A DNA stretch of 64,000 bases from Eledone cirrhosa (Eukaryota). Both the position numbers and the translations under genes were made by a program. Position 1 is the stretch's first letter. Each line of letters begins with the position of its first letter. Where the stretch lies: the NCBI GenBank assembly GCA_964016885.1, contig OZ024743.1:312976001-313040000 (forward strand), given 5' to 3'. Below, one piece after another: positions 39,083 through 52,261 of this stretch. Under the pieces are notes generated by a model. It had not been told where the DNA came from, ran no database searches, and saw nothing but the letters and a program-made list of their open reading frames with translations.

Positions 39083-40150
39083 TAACTAAGAATATAGATT
39101 TTATATGTGGCTGGTGCTCAGGTGCAATAAGTAGCAGTAAGTGCCCACTAAATACTAGCTCATTCCATTGCACAGATGGTTCTATAGAAATAGTGGACAG
39201 CTTCCGTTACCTGGGTGACAAAATCAGCAGTGGTGGAGGGTGCTCTGAAAGTACAGTAGCTAGAGTCAGAACGGGATGGAAAAAGTTCAGAGAGCTTATA
39301 CCACTATTGGCCGCTAAAGGGTTTTCTCTAAAAATAAAAGGCAGGCTGTATGATGCCTGCATACGAACAGCAATGTTACATGGCAGTGAGACTTGGGCAT
39401 TGTGTGCAGAGGATATACGCAGACTGGAGAGGAATGAAGCTTGCATGCTCCGCTGGATGTGTAATAGTAATATACGTAAACAGCAAAGCATAAATGAACT
39501 AAGGGAGAAATTAGAAATAAGAGGGATCAGATGGTGTTTACTCGAGAGAAGACTACGTTGGTACAGTCATGTGATGCGCATGAAAGACGACAGCTGTATA
39601 AAAAAGTGCAGGGCGATAAAAATAGATGTTAGCCACGGAGTAGGCAGACCCAGAAAAACCTGAGATGACTTGATAAATTCCGACCTCACACACTTACACC
39701 TCTCCAAGACAATGTCACTGGACCAAGATCTTTGGCGATACACAGTAATACAGAAGACCCGCCTTGCCTAAGTACAAAGCGAAACCTACAGTCAGTAGGC
39801 ACCTCTAACAAAATACACTCCGTCCCACTACCCCCACCCCATCCACACCACCCCTTTCAATGTAAAGTTATGTTGGTACCACAACATCCAGTCCGAAACA
39901 AATGAGGTCGTGTAGGTATCACGACAAAAAAAAAACACACAGCCCACGCTGTAATGTGGCCATGTAGGTAACACGGTAAAAACATCCCAGTCCACACTGT
40001 AAACGTGGTTGGTGTTAGGAAGGTCATCCAGCCGTAGAAAACCCGCCAGACAGTCCTATACGAGCAAGACAACCAATCTTGCCTCAAGTGGGAAAATTCC
40101 CCGTCCAAACCCATGCAAGCATGGAAGATGGACGTTAAATGATGATGATG
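39083..40150 (+). mobile_element. RTE LINE 3' part
   Basis: FRYLGD, KGRLYDAC, RRLRW; close copy of 63188-64000. Confidence 0.92.
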
Positions 40151-40543
40151 ATATATATATTCTCATCCCACCCTTGCAAGCAGGGAAAAGCGGACATAAA
40201 ATGATGATGTTGATATATATTTAGTTTTGCTTGATTAACAAGTCTGATGAGTAGATTGGGAGTTGGGTCTATAACATTTACATAGATCTTGAGCCCTCCC
40301 CACCCTCCCTCTGTGAAACAATTGTAACTGTATACTCAATAGAGACTTTAATTTTAAACCTAGCTTTATTCTTTATATGTATATATATATAAGAAAAAAA
40401 GATGAAATCGAAAATGCAACGAGTCTTTTTAAGAATATTTATTTGGTTCCTTTACCGGTTTTGCAGTTCTTATGCTTTTCAAAAGTAGAATTGAGATGGA
40501 GGACATCTCGTTTTTTTCATTTTGGAAAAAACCCCTCATTTTG

Positions 40544-40591
<48 letters not shown>

Positions 40592-40676
40592 GTGTGTGTG
40601 TGTGTGTGTACATATGTATGTATGTGTGTACATATGTGTGTGTACATATGTATGTGTGTATATGTATGTATGTACA

Positions 40677-40724
<48 letters not shown>

Positions 40725-40984
40725 TAAATACATATATATACACATACAAAACAAGGAAAACAGATGTTAGACGATGATGATGATGATATGTATTCCCTAA
40801 TTGACAAATAGATAAGCGCATTAGGTTATACAGCAGCAAACATAACTTTACCCTTTCCTTCTATAATATCAATAGTAATAATAAGATTCGCAGCTGTAAC
40901 ACAAAGTTAACAGCAATATAACATTTGTAAACATGGTAACAGCAACAATATGAAGGAATGTGGAGTTACATGAAATTTCTACTA

Positions 40985-41310
40985 AATCCAGATGCATATT
41001 CTAATGGGATATAGTGTACCTATTGTAAACGAGATACACACAGGAATGCTGTGTACCTACGTTAAATAAGATATACACAGGAATACAATGTGCCTATTCT
41101 AAACTGGATATATACAGGAATATAGTGTACCTATTCTAAACTGGATACAGACAGGGATATGATGTACATAGTGTAAACAGGATATATACAAGGATTTGGT
41201 ATACCTATTCTAAATGGAATATACACAGGGATATGGTGTACCTACTTTAAACCAGATAGATACACACAGGGATATGGTGTACACATTCTAAACTAGGTAC
41301 ACATAGAGAT
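40985..41310 (+). repeat. ~36-bp minisatellite
   Basis: Unit atatacacagggatatggtgtacctattctaaactgg. Confidence 0.8.
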
Positions 41311-41404
41311 AATTAAAATTAGAGTTGAGAATAAACTGAGAATTAAACGTTTATGAAGTCAGAATTAGAAATTAAGAGAGACTGGGTAAGTGAAGACAAT
41401 GTAG

Positions 41405-41535
41405 GAGCTTGTATAAGGTCGATCAATGGGATCCACTTGTATATGTTTAGTCAATGAGGATTCTCTTGTATATGGTCAGTCAATGGGATCCTCTTATATA
41501 AGGTCAGTCAATGAGATTCTCTTGTATATGGTCAA
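41405..41535 (+). repeat. ~29-bp minisatellite
   Basis: Unit ggtcagtcaatgggatcctcttgtatat. Confidence 0.8.
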
Positions 41536-43244
41536 TTCAAAGAAGTAGTGGCTCTACCTTGAGTGACTCTCTGATCTGTTAACTACACACTCTATTGAGT
41601 TACATTACTCCACCAAGCTAAAGATGGCTGAGAGAACATCTAGGTATAAGAGGGATCAGATGCAGTACACAAGAGAGATTGCATTGGTATGGCAATGTGA
41701 TGCATACAAAGGATGAGAGCTGCATAAAGGAGTACAGCACACTTAAAATTGAGTGGGACAGTTTGGTGAAAAATGACCTCAGAATAGATGACAAAGGATT
41801 GAATCAATTGGCAATATACCATATTACAGAAAACTTGTATTCTCACGCAAACAGGATGAAATGAACATAGGTAGGATGGTAGTTAAAAGGTAGAAAGATG
41901 TAACATTTAAGTTGCTCCTTTCACCCCCCCCCCCACAACTTGTCTTCCCTCATATATACTTAACTTCACAGTGTACTACCACATGCTATTTGCTTATTCT
42001 CTCTCTTTTCAAGACCACACCCAAACCAAACAGTTTTGAGCAAAAATTATTTCAAATTTTCAATGCCCTAGGGACCGCATTAGGCGATTTAGCGTTCTCT
42101 ATATAATTCTTAGTCTTTCTTTTTAGATAGATACATAGATATAACGTTGCGCCCTTATAATATCTGTCTGTATGTCTGGCTGTCTGCATTACGTCATTAT
42201 GACACGCTCAGCACGATTCCCTCGGCCTCAGTGACCAAAGTTAGTGGAGAGGGGAAGGTAATGTTTCTGTAGCATGTGTTTTAGCGTCTATTCACTCTCT
42301 CTCTCCCTCTCGTAGTCTGTCTCTTTCTTTCACTCACACTCTCTCTCTACGCACGTGTTTCCACTGTCGGACAGACAGACAGAGAAATTGCTGGTTATAT
42401 ATATAAGTAGATTATCAAACAGAAAAAAACAGACAGAAGATCCATTTAAACCAATTCATCATTATCATCATTGTTTTAATATCTGCTTTCCCTGTTAGCA
42501 AGGGTTGGATGATGAGTTTCCATAAACCAAGTCAGTACTGAAGCAGGGCTACTGATCTCCCAGACAGGCCAGGGATCTGTGTCACGCTTACATACGGTTT
42601 CACGTTCTGAGTGCACAGAAGAAGTTGTCATGTCTTTGACACAACTGAAGGGTCCCCTCAATGCTTTGTTTGGCAAGCTTTCTATGGCTAGACACCCTTC
42701 CTATCACTAACCACTTCACAGTATGTACTGGAGGCATTTATTTTGTAAATCACCAAAACTAGGGAGGCTGTTATGTTATTGACATGACTGAAGGGTTCTT
42801 ACGACCCTTTAATAGGAGAATTATTAAAGTTAAATACTAGAAACTAAATTTGCAATATTGACTCTAGGAAACTGACCTGATCACCTACCAATTGTGTTAA
42901 CACATAAGTCAAAAATAACTTTATGCTGATTAGAAAACAGGACAGACATATGAATGTAAATACTAAGTCTTTTCATGTAGAAAGATGTACCACCCAACAC
43001 AGATTATTGATTAACAACCTTAGGATAAGAACTAGAAAGATTCAGTGACACAACATAATCTAGAGAAGTATGGAAGCTAAAGGATATAAATTGTCTTTAG
43101 TCTAATTCATACATCTGTGGAAGAGATCGATACTGGAGTCAGGTCTATCACATGAATATAAATCTTGAAACATATGTAATGTAAAACATCTAATGGTTGA
43201 TATTCAATAAAAGCAATTAAAAGTGAACTTTGTCATATCAAACT

Positions 43245-43575
43245 TGTGGTTAGAGCATTTGCCTTGCAATCGAAAGGTTGTGAGTTCAATTCTCAGACCG
43301 GGTGATGTGTTGTTTCCTTGAGCAAGACACTTTATTTCACATTGCTCCAGTTTACTCAGCTGTAGAAATGAGATGATAGGTCCCTGGGTCCCTATCATTC
43401 CACTGCAAAGTGTTCGTGGAGGTGCCACGGCAAAAAGCACCCAGCACTCACTGTAAATGAGGTTGGTGTTAGGAAGGGCATCCAGCTGTAGAAATCAAGC
43501 CAGCATCAGTTCCCGTCCCACCCTTGCAAGCAGAGAAAAAGCGGACGTAAAATGAAATGATGATGATGAATGATG
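43245..43575 (+). mobile_element. Young tRNA-head/RTE-tail SINE, copy 3
   Basis: Near identical to copy 2, slightly 5' truncated. Confidence 0.85.
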
Positions 43576-45429
43576 ATATATATCGTTATGCTTGGGGAGG
43601 GTCATATTTGTGTAATATTGCCAGAAGTAATAACAGAACACACTCACTGTTTGGTTGGTTTTCGCTTCTGTGTCTTTTATATCGGTTAATTTAATTTATT
43701 CGGTTTCACGTTCTGAGTGCACAGAAGAAGTTGTCATGTCTTTGACACAACTGAGGGGTCCTCCCAATGCTTTGTTTGGCAAGCTTTCTAATCCTTTAAT
43801 GTCTATTTTCCATAACAGCCTCCCTAGCATGGGTTAGATAAGTTAGATCAGATGACCGTGTTTTGCTCATACCAAAATGTTTCAGGCTTGGATGTGTGTG
43901 TGCATGTATGTGCATGTATATATATATTGTCAGGTCACCAGTTGGTGCTACTGGTAACATGTATCCCAGTACAACCCGTCGCATGGTCGGGTCGTTGGCA
44001 ACTAAATTGGCAACCCCACCAAGGTTTCTTGGTGAGGAGGGTGACTTTGGACATCCTGCAGGACTAAAAACAAAACCTGTCAAAGGGCAATGGAGCTCTT
44101 AAGAGTCAATAGACATCCAAAATCACCAGAAGAGATGACCCCTTAGCCTTTGTCAAGGCAGACTTCTAGAAGGAAAACTCTGATATAATACCTGCAATCC
44201 TGATGGTATCCAATGATGTTGACTTGTTCTTTTTGGTAAATATCATCTTGCAGTGCCTTTGCTCACTATAAAAGCTTCACGGCACAGGCATTGCTTTATA
44301 TCAGATCTCTCTGCACTTGTCACATGGTACCATGGGCCCAGCACTATGTGTCAATAATTGTCACAAGTGTAGTGTTTGTACCAGAGTTTTCAAGTCGCTG
44401 GCTGGACTAAAAAGTCACACTCGTTCAGCGCATCAGTAGGGGTTCTCCTACATGGATATAAAGTAGTGGCCGTACTCGAAAACGAGTTGGCAGCCACCGT
44501 ACATATATGCCCCTCCCACTGTAAAGTGGTTATGTAGGTGCCACGACAAAAAGCACCCAGTCCACACTGGAGAGTGGTCGTGCAAGCACCACGGTAAAAA
44601 AGCACCCAGTACTCACTGTAAATGAGGTTGGTGTTAGGAAGGGCATCCAGCTGCCAAAACCAATCCTGTATGAGCAAGAGTCACCTGACCTGGCATTCCC
44701 CACAATAGGACAACCCATGCTAACATGGAGACATCAATGTAAAAATGGTGATGATGATATATATATATATATACACACATACATACCTGCTCGTATTTGT
44801 CGTTGTGGATATATACTATGGCCACATACGCTTAGTTGATTTATTCATGGTGTCACACTTTTATAACTGTGTTTACTCAGTGAAAAATGTATTAACTTTT
44901 TACACCATTGATTGGTTTGTGACTGCCTTAAACAATTTGATTGGTATCTGGTTTATTGCTGCTACACTTTCAATTTATACCTATTTCTTCTTCACCCATT
45001 TATTCCTGAGAGGGTTGTAGGGGCAGAGTCCTCAAATATTCCTTCCAGCGTGTCATGTCAGAAGCAACCATCTCCAACTGATCTGGCTAGTGGATTCCCA
45101 AGCGGGACCAGCCAAGCTCATGGATGTTATCGAACTATCTTGTTCAAGGTCTCCTAATTTGTTTTGAAAAATCTGTCCGATTCTTTCCTGAGACATTCTA
45201 AGCTCATGCCCATAGTATCCGAGCTGTGATCTCTCAATTCGAAGTAGTGGCTCTACCTGGAGTGATTCTCTGATCTCTGAGTTACACAGTCTATTGAGTA
45301 ATGTTACTCCAAAAGACCCTTCGGAGGAACCCCACTTTGGCCGCTTGTATTCACGATCGTATTCTTTTGGTCATTACCTAAGATTCATAACCACAGGTAA
45401 GGGTTGGCATGAATATCAAATTTATCATA

Positions 45430-46320
45430 ATCTATAAAGCTCAGTGTGTGGTCATGCTCCTTCGTTATAGAAATCTACGATATAGAATTTCTTCAATTGA
45501 AATTTACAATTCAGTATTCGAAAAAGTTTCGATTGCGTCTTGACGCAGATAATTTTTTCAATTTCACCCACAATTACGCAAAAAATAGATAAAACTCCAT
45601 ATTTTACGATTTTTCTCTCTCATTTAAACTGCTGAACTCTTTCTACTTCCATTCAAAATCTATACAACTTCATACTTTCTGCTACTTTCTCTTTCCAAGC
45701 TCGATTGGTGATACTGTCCGTTCACACCACTCCCTACTGTCTTAAATTTAGAAAACACATATCCTCCATGAGGTTACTAAACCTGCTAGAAACAGCAGCT
45801 AACTCTCCAAAATATCACACCCCTCCCTACTGTCTTAAATTTAGAAAACATATCTTCTATGAGGTCACTAAACCTGCTAGAAACAGCAGCTAACTCTCCC
45901 CCATATCACACCACTCCCTACTGTCTTAAATTTAGAAAACATATCTTCTATGAGGTCACTAAGCCTGCTAGAAACAACAGCTAACTCTCCCTCATATCAC
46001 AACCCTCCCTACTGTCTTAAATTTAGAAAACACACAGACAACCATGCAGAACAACTCCATCGCAGCTCTGTTGTTCGGCTGGCATCGTCTACACGCGTGT
46101 TGCCCAAGTACTGTGAAACAATAAATTTCAACACTTTTTTGCACCGAGATAATATCCATAGGCGAAACTACAATTCTCACTGCTGGCGCAGCTCCTGCTT
46201 CCAGGTCTGCAATTCATTCACCCAGTGCCTGGCAGACAAAAAAGTGCTGCCATAAAATGGGTGGTGCAACCTAACTTTGGTAACTTAATGACCCCGAGCA
46301 ACGCCGGGCTTTAATGCTAG
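45430..46320 (+). mobile_element. Non-autonomous Helitron-like element with an internal 91-bp tandem array (45722-46033)
   Basis: 5' tctataaagc; 3' CCCGAGCAACGCCGGG hairpin + CTAG; about 3.4 tandem units. Confidence 0.6.
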
Positions 46321-46654
46321 TACCTGATATATATATATTATATACACACATCCAACCCTTGCTAGCAAGGAAAACAAATGACAGAAATAGAATATCTAGT
46401 CACAAGATTTGTACAGTATAAGATCATAAATGAGATTCAGTTCCTCAGCCCATCTGAGAGGTCAGTGGCTCCACTTGAGGACTGACTTGGTTTGTGCAGC
46501 TCTGTCCAACCTTTGCGAGAAGGGAAAGTGGATATTAACGATAAATAATAAAAAACATTTACATGGTTGCTTGACCTGCTAAATATTCTCCAAAATGTGT
46601 CTTACCACTTGAAAGAAGGCAAGATACATTGGATAATGTGGTCCTAGACAATAT

Positions 46655-46987
46655 ATGGCTTAGTGGTGAGAGCATTGGGCTTGCAATCGAAAGGCGAGTT
46701 CAATTCTCAAACCGGTTGATGTGTTGTTTCCTTGAGCAAGACACTTTATTTCACATTGCTCCAGTTTACTCAGCTGTAGAAATGAGATGATAGGGACTGG
46801 GGTCCATATCATTCCACTGCAAAGTGGTCGTGGAGGTGCCACGGCAAAAAAGCACCCAGCACTCACTGTAAATGAGGTTGGTGTTAGGAAGGGCATCCAG
46901 CTGTAGAAATCAAGCCAGAAACAGTCCCCGTCCCACCCTTGCAAGCAGGGAAAAGCGGACGTAAAATGAAATGATGATGATGATGAT
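46655..46987 (+). mobile_element. Young tRNA-head/RTE-tail SINE, copy 4
   Basis: Near identical to copy 2. Confidence 0.85.
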
Positions 46988-47489
46988 TAAAAGATAGGAT
47001 CATCAGTTGGAATCCCCTTATCATACATCTAATCAACGTTTACTTCAAGATAAACATCTAGTCTTTCATTTGTACCTTCAATTTATGCACACACACACAA
47101 ATATAATATTTAGTAACAAGTCACTGAGAAACCTCTATGTGGTAGCCTAACTTGCTAATTATAGCAGCCAAATCTCCCTCAAACTTCACCTTACCACCTG
47201 ACAAACCATAATTAAAAGAGGGGATCGTCACATTTGGATCATCTTTGACCACACATCTGCATGATCATGGTTGACCTGAAATTAAATAACATTTGTGGTA
47301 TCTTTTTTCATTGGTATGTTTGACAACACAGCAGTTTCACCCACTACACCTCATCCATACCAATACTCCACCTGGAACTAATCCGTACCAAAGTTTTAAT
47401 CAAAATCTCCTAATGATATTTTAATTTGTCAATACCAACATCCAAACACAAATACTCAGACATTCATATAGAGACTTTAGGGCAGCAAG

Positions 47490-47670
47490 AAGCCGTCCAT
47501 TGATCCCATACTCCTGCAGAACCTTCTATAGCAGGTCCCATGGAAGTCATGTCTTTTTCAAGGTCTACGAAACAAGAATACACCACCTGGCAATACCCCC
47601 ACGATTTCTTGAAGACCTGCCGCAGTGTGAATATTTGATCGGCTGTGCTGCACCTAGGGCAAAAACCACA
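47490..47670 (-). mobile_element. RTE-like LINE RT fragment
   Basis: STADQIFTLRQV..K..CFVDLEK. Confidence 0.7.
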
Positions 47671-48772
47671 CTTTATCAGAGTTTCTGCTTATCTATATTG
47701 AGCAATCACAGCTCTGATATTACAGATATATGGGGTTAGAATGTCTCAGGAAAGAATTGCTGGACAGATTTTACAGGCAAAAACCAACTGGCAGGAGACC
47801 CAGAGCAAGATTAGTCTCGCTTAGGGATCAAGGCAGATCAATTGGAGACGGTTGCTTCTGATAGGCGTGTCTGAGGACCCTGCCCCTATGACCCTCCCAG
47901 GAATAAGTGGGCGAAGAAGAAAAGAATGATATGCAACAATGAACATGTTCCCTGCTATAACAGTGATTAGCTTTGTGACCACCATAACAAGCTTTTCCAT
48001 TTTGTCCTATTGCCCGCATTCCGTCTTTCATTTTCTCTTCCATCATCATTAATCATGATTTTCTTGGTTATCTGGTCTTCCTTTTCCTCTACTTACTTCC
48101 ACATTCACTCACAGCATGGTATCACTTTCATCCTTATTCAACACATGACCTAGCTACCTCATTTCATTTTTCTTCATAACATTCATTGTCTTCCTAACGC
48201 CTGTTCTGCTTTCCAATAAAAGTTAGCAAGGAACATCCAACAGACTATACACAACTTCATTTCCTCCAGTTATTTTGCAGATCTATGTTCAATGCTTTAT
48301 GCCTCACTACCATGTAGCATCATGTGGATCTTTTATGCCTCACTATCATGTAGTATCATGCAGAGCTATGCTGAAAATAATGGATCCTTCCAACCCATGA
48401 ATTGATGTGCATATAGACACGCGTGCCTTTAATGCAATGGTGTGTATGTAGTTGTGTATTCTATAGACAAATGTACCTATAATGCTATTCTCAGATAAAA
48501 TTAGCATTACATGGTGTGACAAAGCTAGTCTTTTGAATTGCAAACACAATGGTCTTCCACAGTTTCTGTCTACCCAATTCCACTGACAAGGTTTAGATTG
48601 ATCTGATGTAAAGATACTTGCCTTAGGCAGTGGGATTAAACCTAACCCCTTATGATTGTAAAGTGAAATTCTTAACCACTCAGTCATGCCCAAATCCGCA
48701 TCAGAAAATAATTTCAATTAAAACAAGAGATTCATTTAGGAAATCCCATGGAATACCATGGTTCAGCGATTC

Positions 48773-48783
48773 TTTATTTTATT
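48773..48783 (-). promoter_or_regulatory. Possible KDM1B polyadenylation signals (two overlapping AATAAA)
   Basis: About 340 nt downstream of the stop on the minus strand; AT-rich context makes a chance match possible. Confidence 0.3.
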
Positions 48784-49120
48784 TTGCAATGCCAAAATGG
48801 CAAAAAAAAAAAAAAAAAAGAAAATATATATATATATCTATCTCTATATATATATATGTAATAATAATAATTTACATAGAATAATGGATGAGTGTACAGT
48901 TGTTTGTAATTTATGAGTAACAAGTGTATTAGATCAGAAATTTATAACAAGTGTTAGGGGAGAGGGAAACATTGGCGTATCATGAGAGAGAGAGGCTGAC
49001 AAGAGGAGTATTTCATTAAACATGCATAGAATGAAATCAAAAAGATAAATTTGCTGTGTGGTGTGTGTGTGTGGATGTATGTGTGTGACACAAGGAAATT
49101 TTTGCTGCTCGTAGGTGAGG

Positions 49121-49213
49121 TCATTGGTCAAAACAATCAAGAATTGTTTCAGTCTCTCTTAAACCACTCCAATAAGCACCGGCTATTGATTGTGGAAACT
49201 GTCGACAGGTGGC
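49121..49213 (-). CDS. KDM1B: KDM1B terminal coding exon: ATCRQFPQSIAGAYWSGLRETETILDCFDQ*
   Basis: tttcag acceptor; AT.R.FPQ...GAY.SG.RE motif; TGA at 49121-49123. Confidence 0.9.
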   Translation of the reverse strand, partial: ATCRQFPQSIAGAYWSGLRETETILDCFDQ

Positions 49214-51067
49214 CTGAAATAGAGTTTTAAATAATTAAACAACTAATTATAATAAATTAAAGGAATACAATGCTTTGTGGTATTCGTTTCAGTTCTTTAC
49301 TTTCCGAGTTCAAATCCCACCGAGGTCAACTTTGCCTTTTATCTATTTGAGGTCGATGAAAAAGTACCAGTCTAGTACTGGAGTCGATTCTTCCTCTATA
49401 TTTCTTTCTCCTTTCCATTCTCTCTCCTTCTCTGGAATAAATGAGCTATATTCAAACCTGGAGAAGAGATGGGCTCTGCCAAGTTTACAAATGCCCTAGA
49501 AATCCTGTATGTCAATACAGCGCCCCTACAACTCCATCAAGAATCTATTCATCTATCCAATACAATAATTTAACTCTTTCCAAACCAACTGACCAACCAA
49601 CCTGGAGCTGCCTATGGTTCTATGAAACAAAATCATTCAATTTAAAATATCCATCTAATACTTGATACAAATCTGCTTGAAACAACCTATAGATTTATAA
49701 TAATATGAAGACTCCCTCAGTGACAATAAGTTTACACCTAGAAAGTTCCTCTTCAAAGCACAAACCCAGGCAAGGTGCTTTGTGGAAGACCAACCATCAC
49801 CCTTGCATTCCAGTTTTCCTTCTTCCATGTCACTAATGTCCAAGAGATAGGCTATATTTTTATAATAGAAAATCTTCAACTGTAAAAATGTTATACTTAA
49901 ATTTAACCTTTTCATCATAATTTAAAGAAATAATACTGGACATGCTCTACATCTGATCTCCCACAACGCTGTTGCCATGATAAAAGCAGTAAGCCCACTC
50001 TGTTTAGGTGCCATGGTGAAAAATCCAGTCAACACTGTTACGTGATTGGTGATAGGAAGGGCATCAAGCTATATAAAATACAGATCTGTATAAGTAAGTT
50101 GATCTTCGGACCAACTTGTCTCATAACGTGACAACTCGTCTAACACATGCAAGCATGGAAAAATGGACGTATGATGATGATGAACCTCATAAGATATGTT
50201 CTTAACACTATATTAAGAATGTAAACATCCTTCCAAAGTCTTCCTTATTTTCAGAATTCAAAATATGGTAATGAAAGAATTATTAAATTTAAATCATCTA
50301 TTTTGTGTAAAAAGCATTTTTGTTAAACAACGTTAATTTAAATGTTTATAGTATCTTCACTAGTGGACAAATCCTTGTGAAGATTTACAGTATTAAAGAC
50401 ATTGATTATTAATGTAATATTCATCATGTTGTGTATGCTTGGTTGTCAATTATATAATAAAAAAGAACACCGGTACACTATGACTAAAACACAATGTAAA
50501 GAATGTTATATGTAATTAGTAACAGAAATTTTCACGCATACACCACAAAACATCTTCAAAATCAAAATACTTTTAGCTATAATCCATCAATTATATTGCC
50601 GATATTCATTGTCACTGATAAAATGTACTGCAGTCATATTTTAAAGATAACGTCAAAAAAACAACAACAAAAACAAATAAACAAAATGTTGAACCGAAGA
50701 AATTAGAGTTATCCCCCTTAGTATAAACGAAGGGTCATATGGTATATTTTGAGAGTGTCTTGCACTAGTGGAGGTTAAGTTTTAATAATGAGTAAGTCTT
50801 GTTAAATTCCACCAAAATCTCCATTACTTTCAAATTTAATTGAAACAGTTTGTTAGTTTAAAAATACGTTAACGAAAGGGTTAAATTAGAAAAATATTTG
50901 TAAAAATAACGATTGTAGAGTTTATGTTAGGTAACTTAACTCTTTGGTAAAAAGAGATGGATAAAATACCTAGGTAGATATGAACGGCTTTAAGACAGTT
51001 TCCTTATTATGGCTGCAAACTAATGCCAGAAACTAGCAAATGACTAAGAATGAAAAGTAGTACATAC

Positions 51068-51220
51068 CTCACCAGCAAAGAATATCTTGTCATGGAGCTG
51101 TTGTGCTATGTGTGTATATACAGAGGCATCTACACCAACTGGAACATAACTGTAAGACATACGATTGAAACTATCTTTCTGCCAGTGACTTGTATAATAA
51201 TGCTCAGGTTCTGGAAGTTT
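51068..51220 (-). CDS. KDM1B: KDM1B exon: KLPEPEHYYTSHWQKDSFNRMSYSYVPVGVDASVYTHIAQQLHDKIFFAGE
   Basis: tgcag / gtatgt; 153 nt; W..D...MSYSY and FFAGE FAD-binding motifs. Confidence 0.92.
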
Positions 51221-52129
51221 CTGCAGTCAAAACACAAAAACAATTTGAAGTGGCAAGAAGATAAATACATGGGTAGAAAAAGAACAAGGTGATGGTAATA
51301 ATTGTTTCTACTTTAGGGACAAGGCCAGCAATTACTCAGTGCATTACTGGTACTTTATTTTATCGACCCCGTAAGGATGAAAGGCAAAATAAACCTCGGC
51401 AGGGTTTGAACTCAGACCGTAAAGGGACGTAACTATGATGGAAAGCATGGCGTCCGACTCTCTACCGATACTGCCAATCCACAGGTGATGGTAATAATTG
51501 TTTCTACTTTAGGCACAAGGCCAGCAATTACCCAGTGTATTACTGGTACTTTATTTTATCCACCCCGTAAGGATGAAAGGCAAAAATGATGATGATCATC
51601 ATTTAACGTCTATCTTCCACACTAGAATGACGATGGTAGGAATCATATATATATATGAAAGTTAAGGTTTTTTTTATATCCTACTTAGGTAAAATGTAGT
51701 AAAAATGAAGTTGAAAATGCAATTGGAGTCTTGAAGGTTTATTCATAATTTTACTAGTTTCACAGTTGCATGATTTTCAAAAGTTAGAGGTGTGTAGTTA
51801 TGCCATAATGTTTCTTGTATTACGAGCCATTACAGCATAACCACACACCACCACCCTTCATTCCCCGCCAAATTTATCTCACTAATTACCACTTCAGTCA
51901 TCACTGTAAAGTGGCCATTTAGGTGTCACAACAAATAGTACCCAGTACACATTGTAAATATGGTTGGTATCAGGAATGGGAACCAGCCATAGAAACCAAA
52001 CCAGAAATAGTTCAGTATGAGCAACGGGACAACTCATTTAACTCAAGCTAGCATGGAAAAATGGACGTTAAGTGGTGATGATGATGATGATTATATTAAG
52101 TTGCTCAATGTAAATGAAATAATACTAAC

Positions 52130-52261
52130 CTGTTCTGGGAACAGCTTACACAACACCTCCATGCATGCCTGTACAATCTCTTTACTTGATTTCCCATTCA
52201 TTTTCTTCAGACCATTCCCAGCAATATAGGTCACTAAAACATGAGTCTCTTTACCAGATTT
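52130..52261 (-). CDS. KDM1B: KDM1B exon: KSGKETHVLVTYIAGNGLKKMNGKSSKEIVQACMEVLCKLFPEQ
   Basis: gttag / gttagt; 132 nt; VL...IAG and CM..L..LF.EQ pattern. Confidence 0.9.

Noticed and set aside
40377-40839. YI/CV-rich ORFs (also 15049-15415)
   Set aside because: Artefacts of (AT)n and (GT)n microsatellites.
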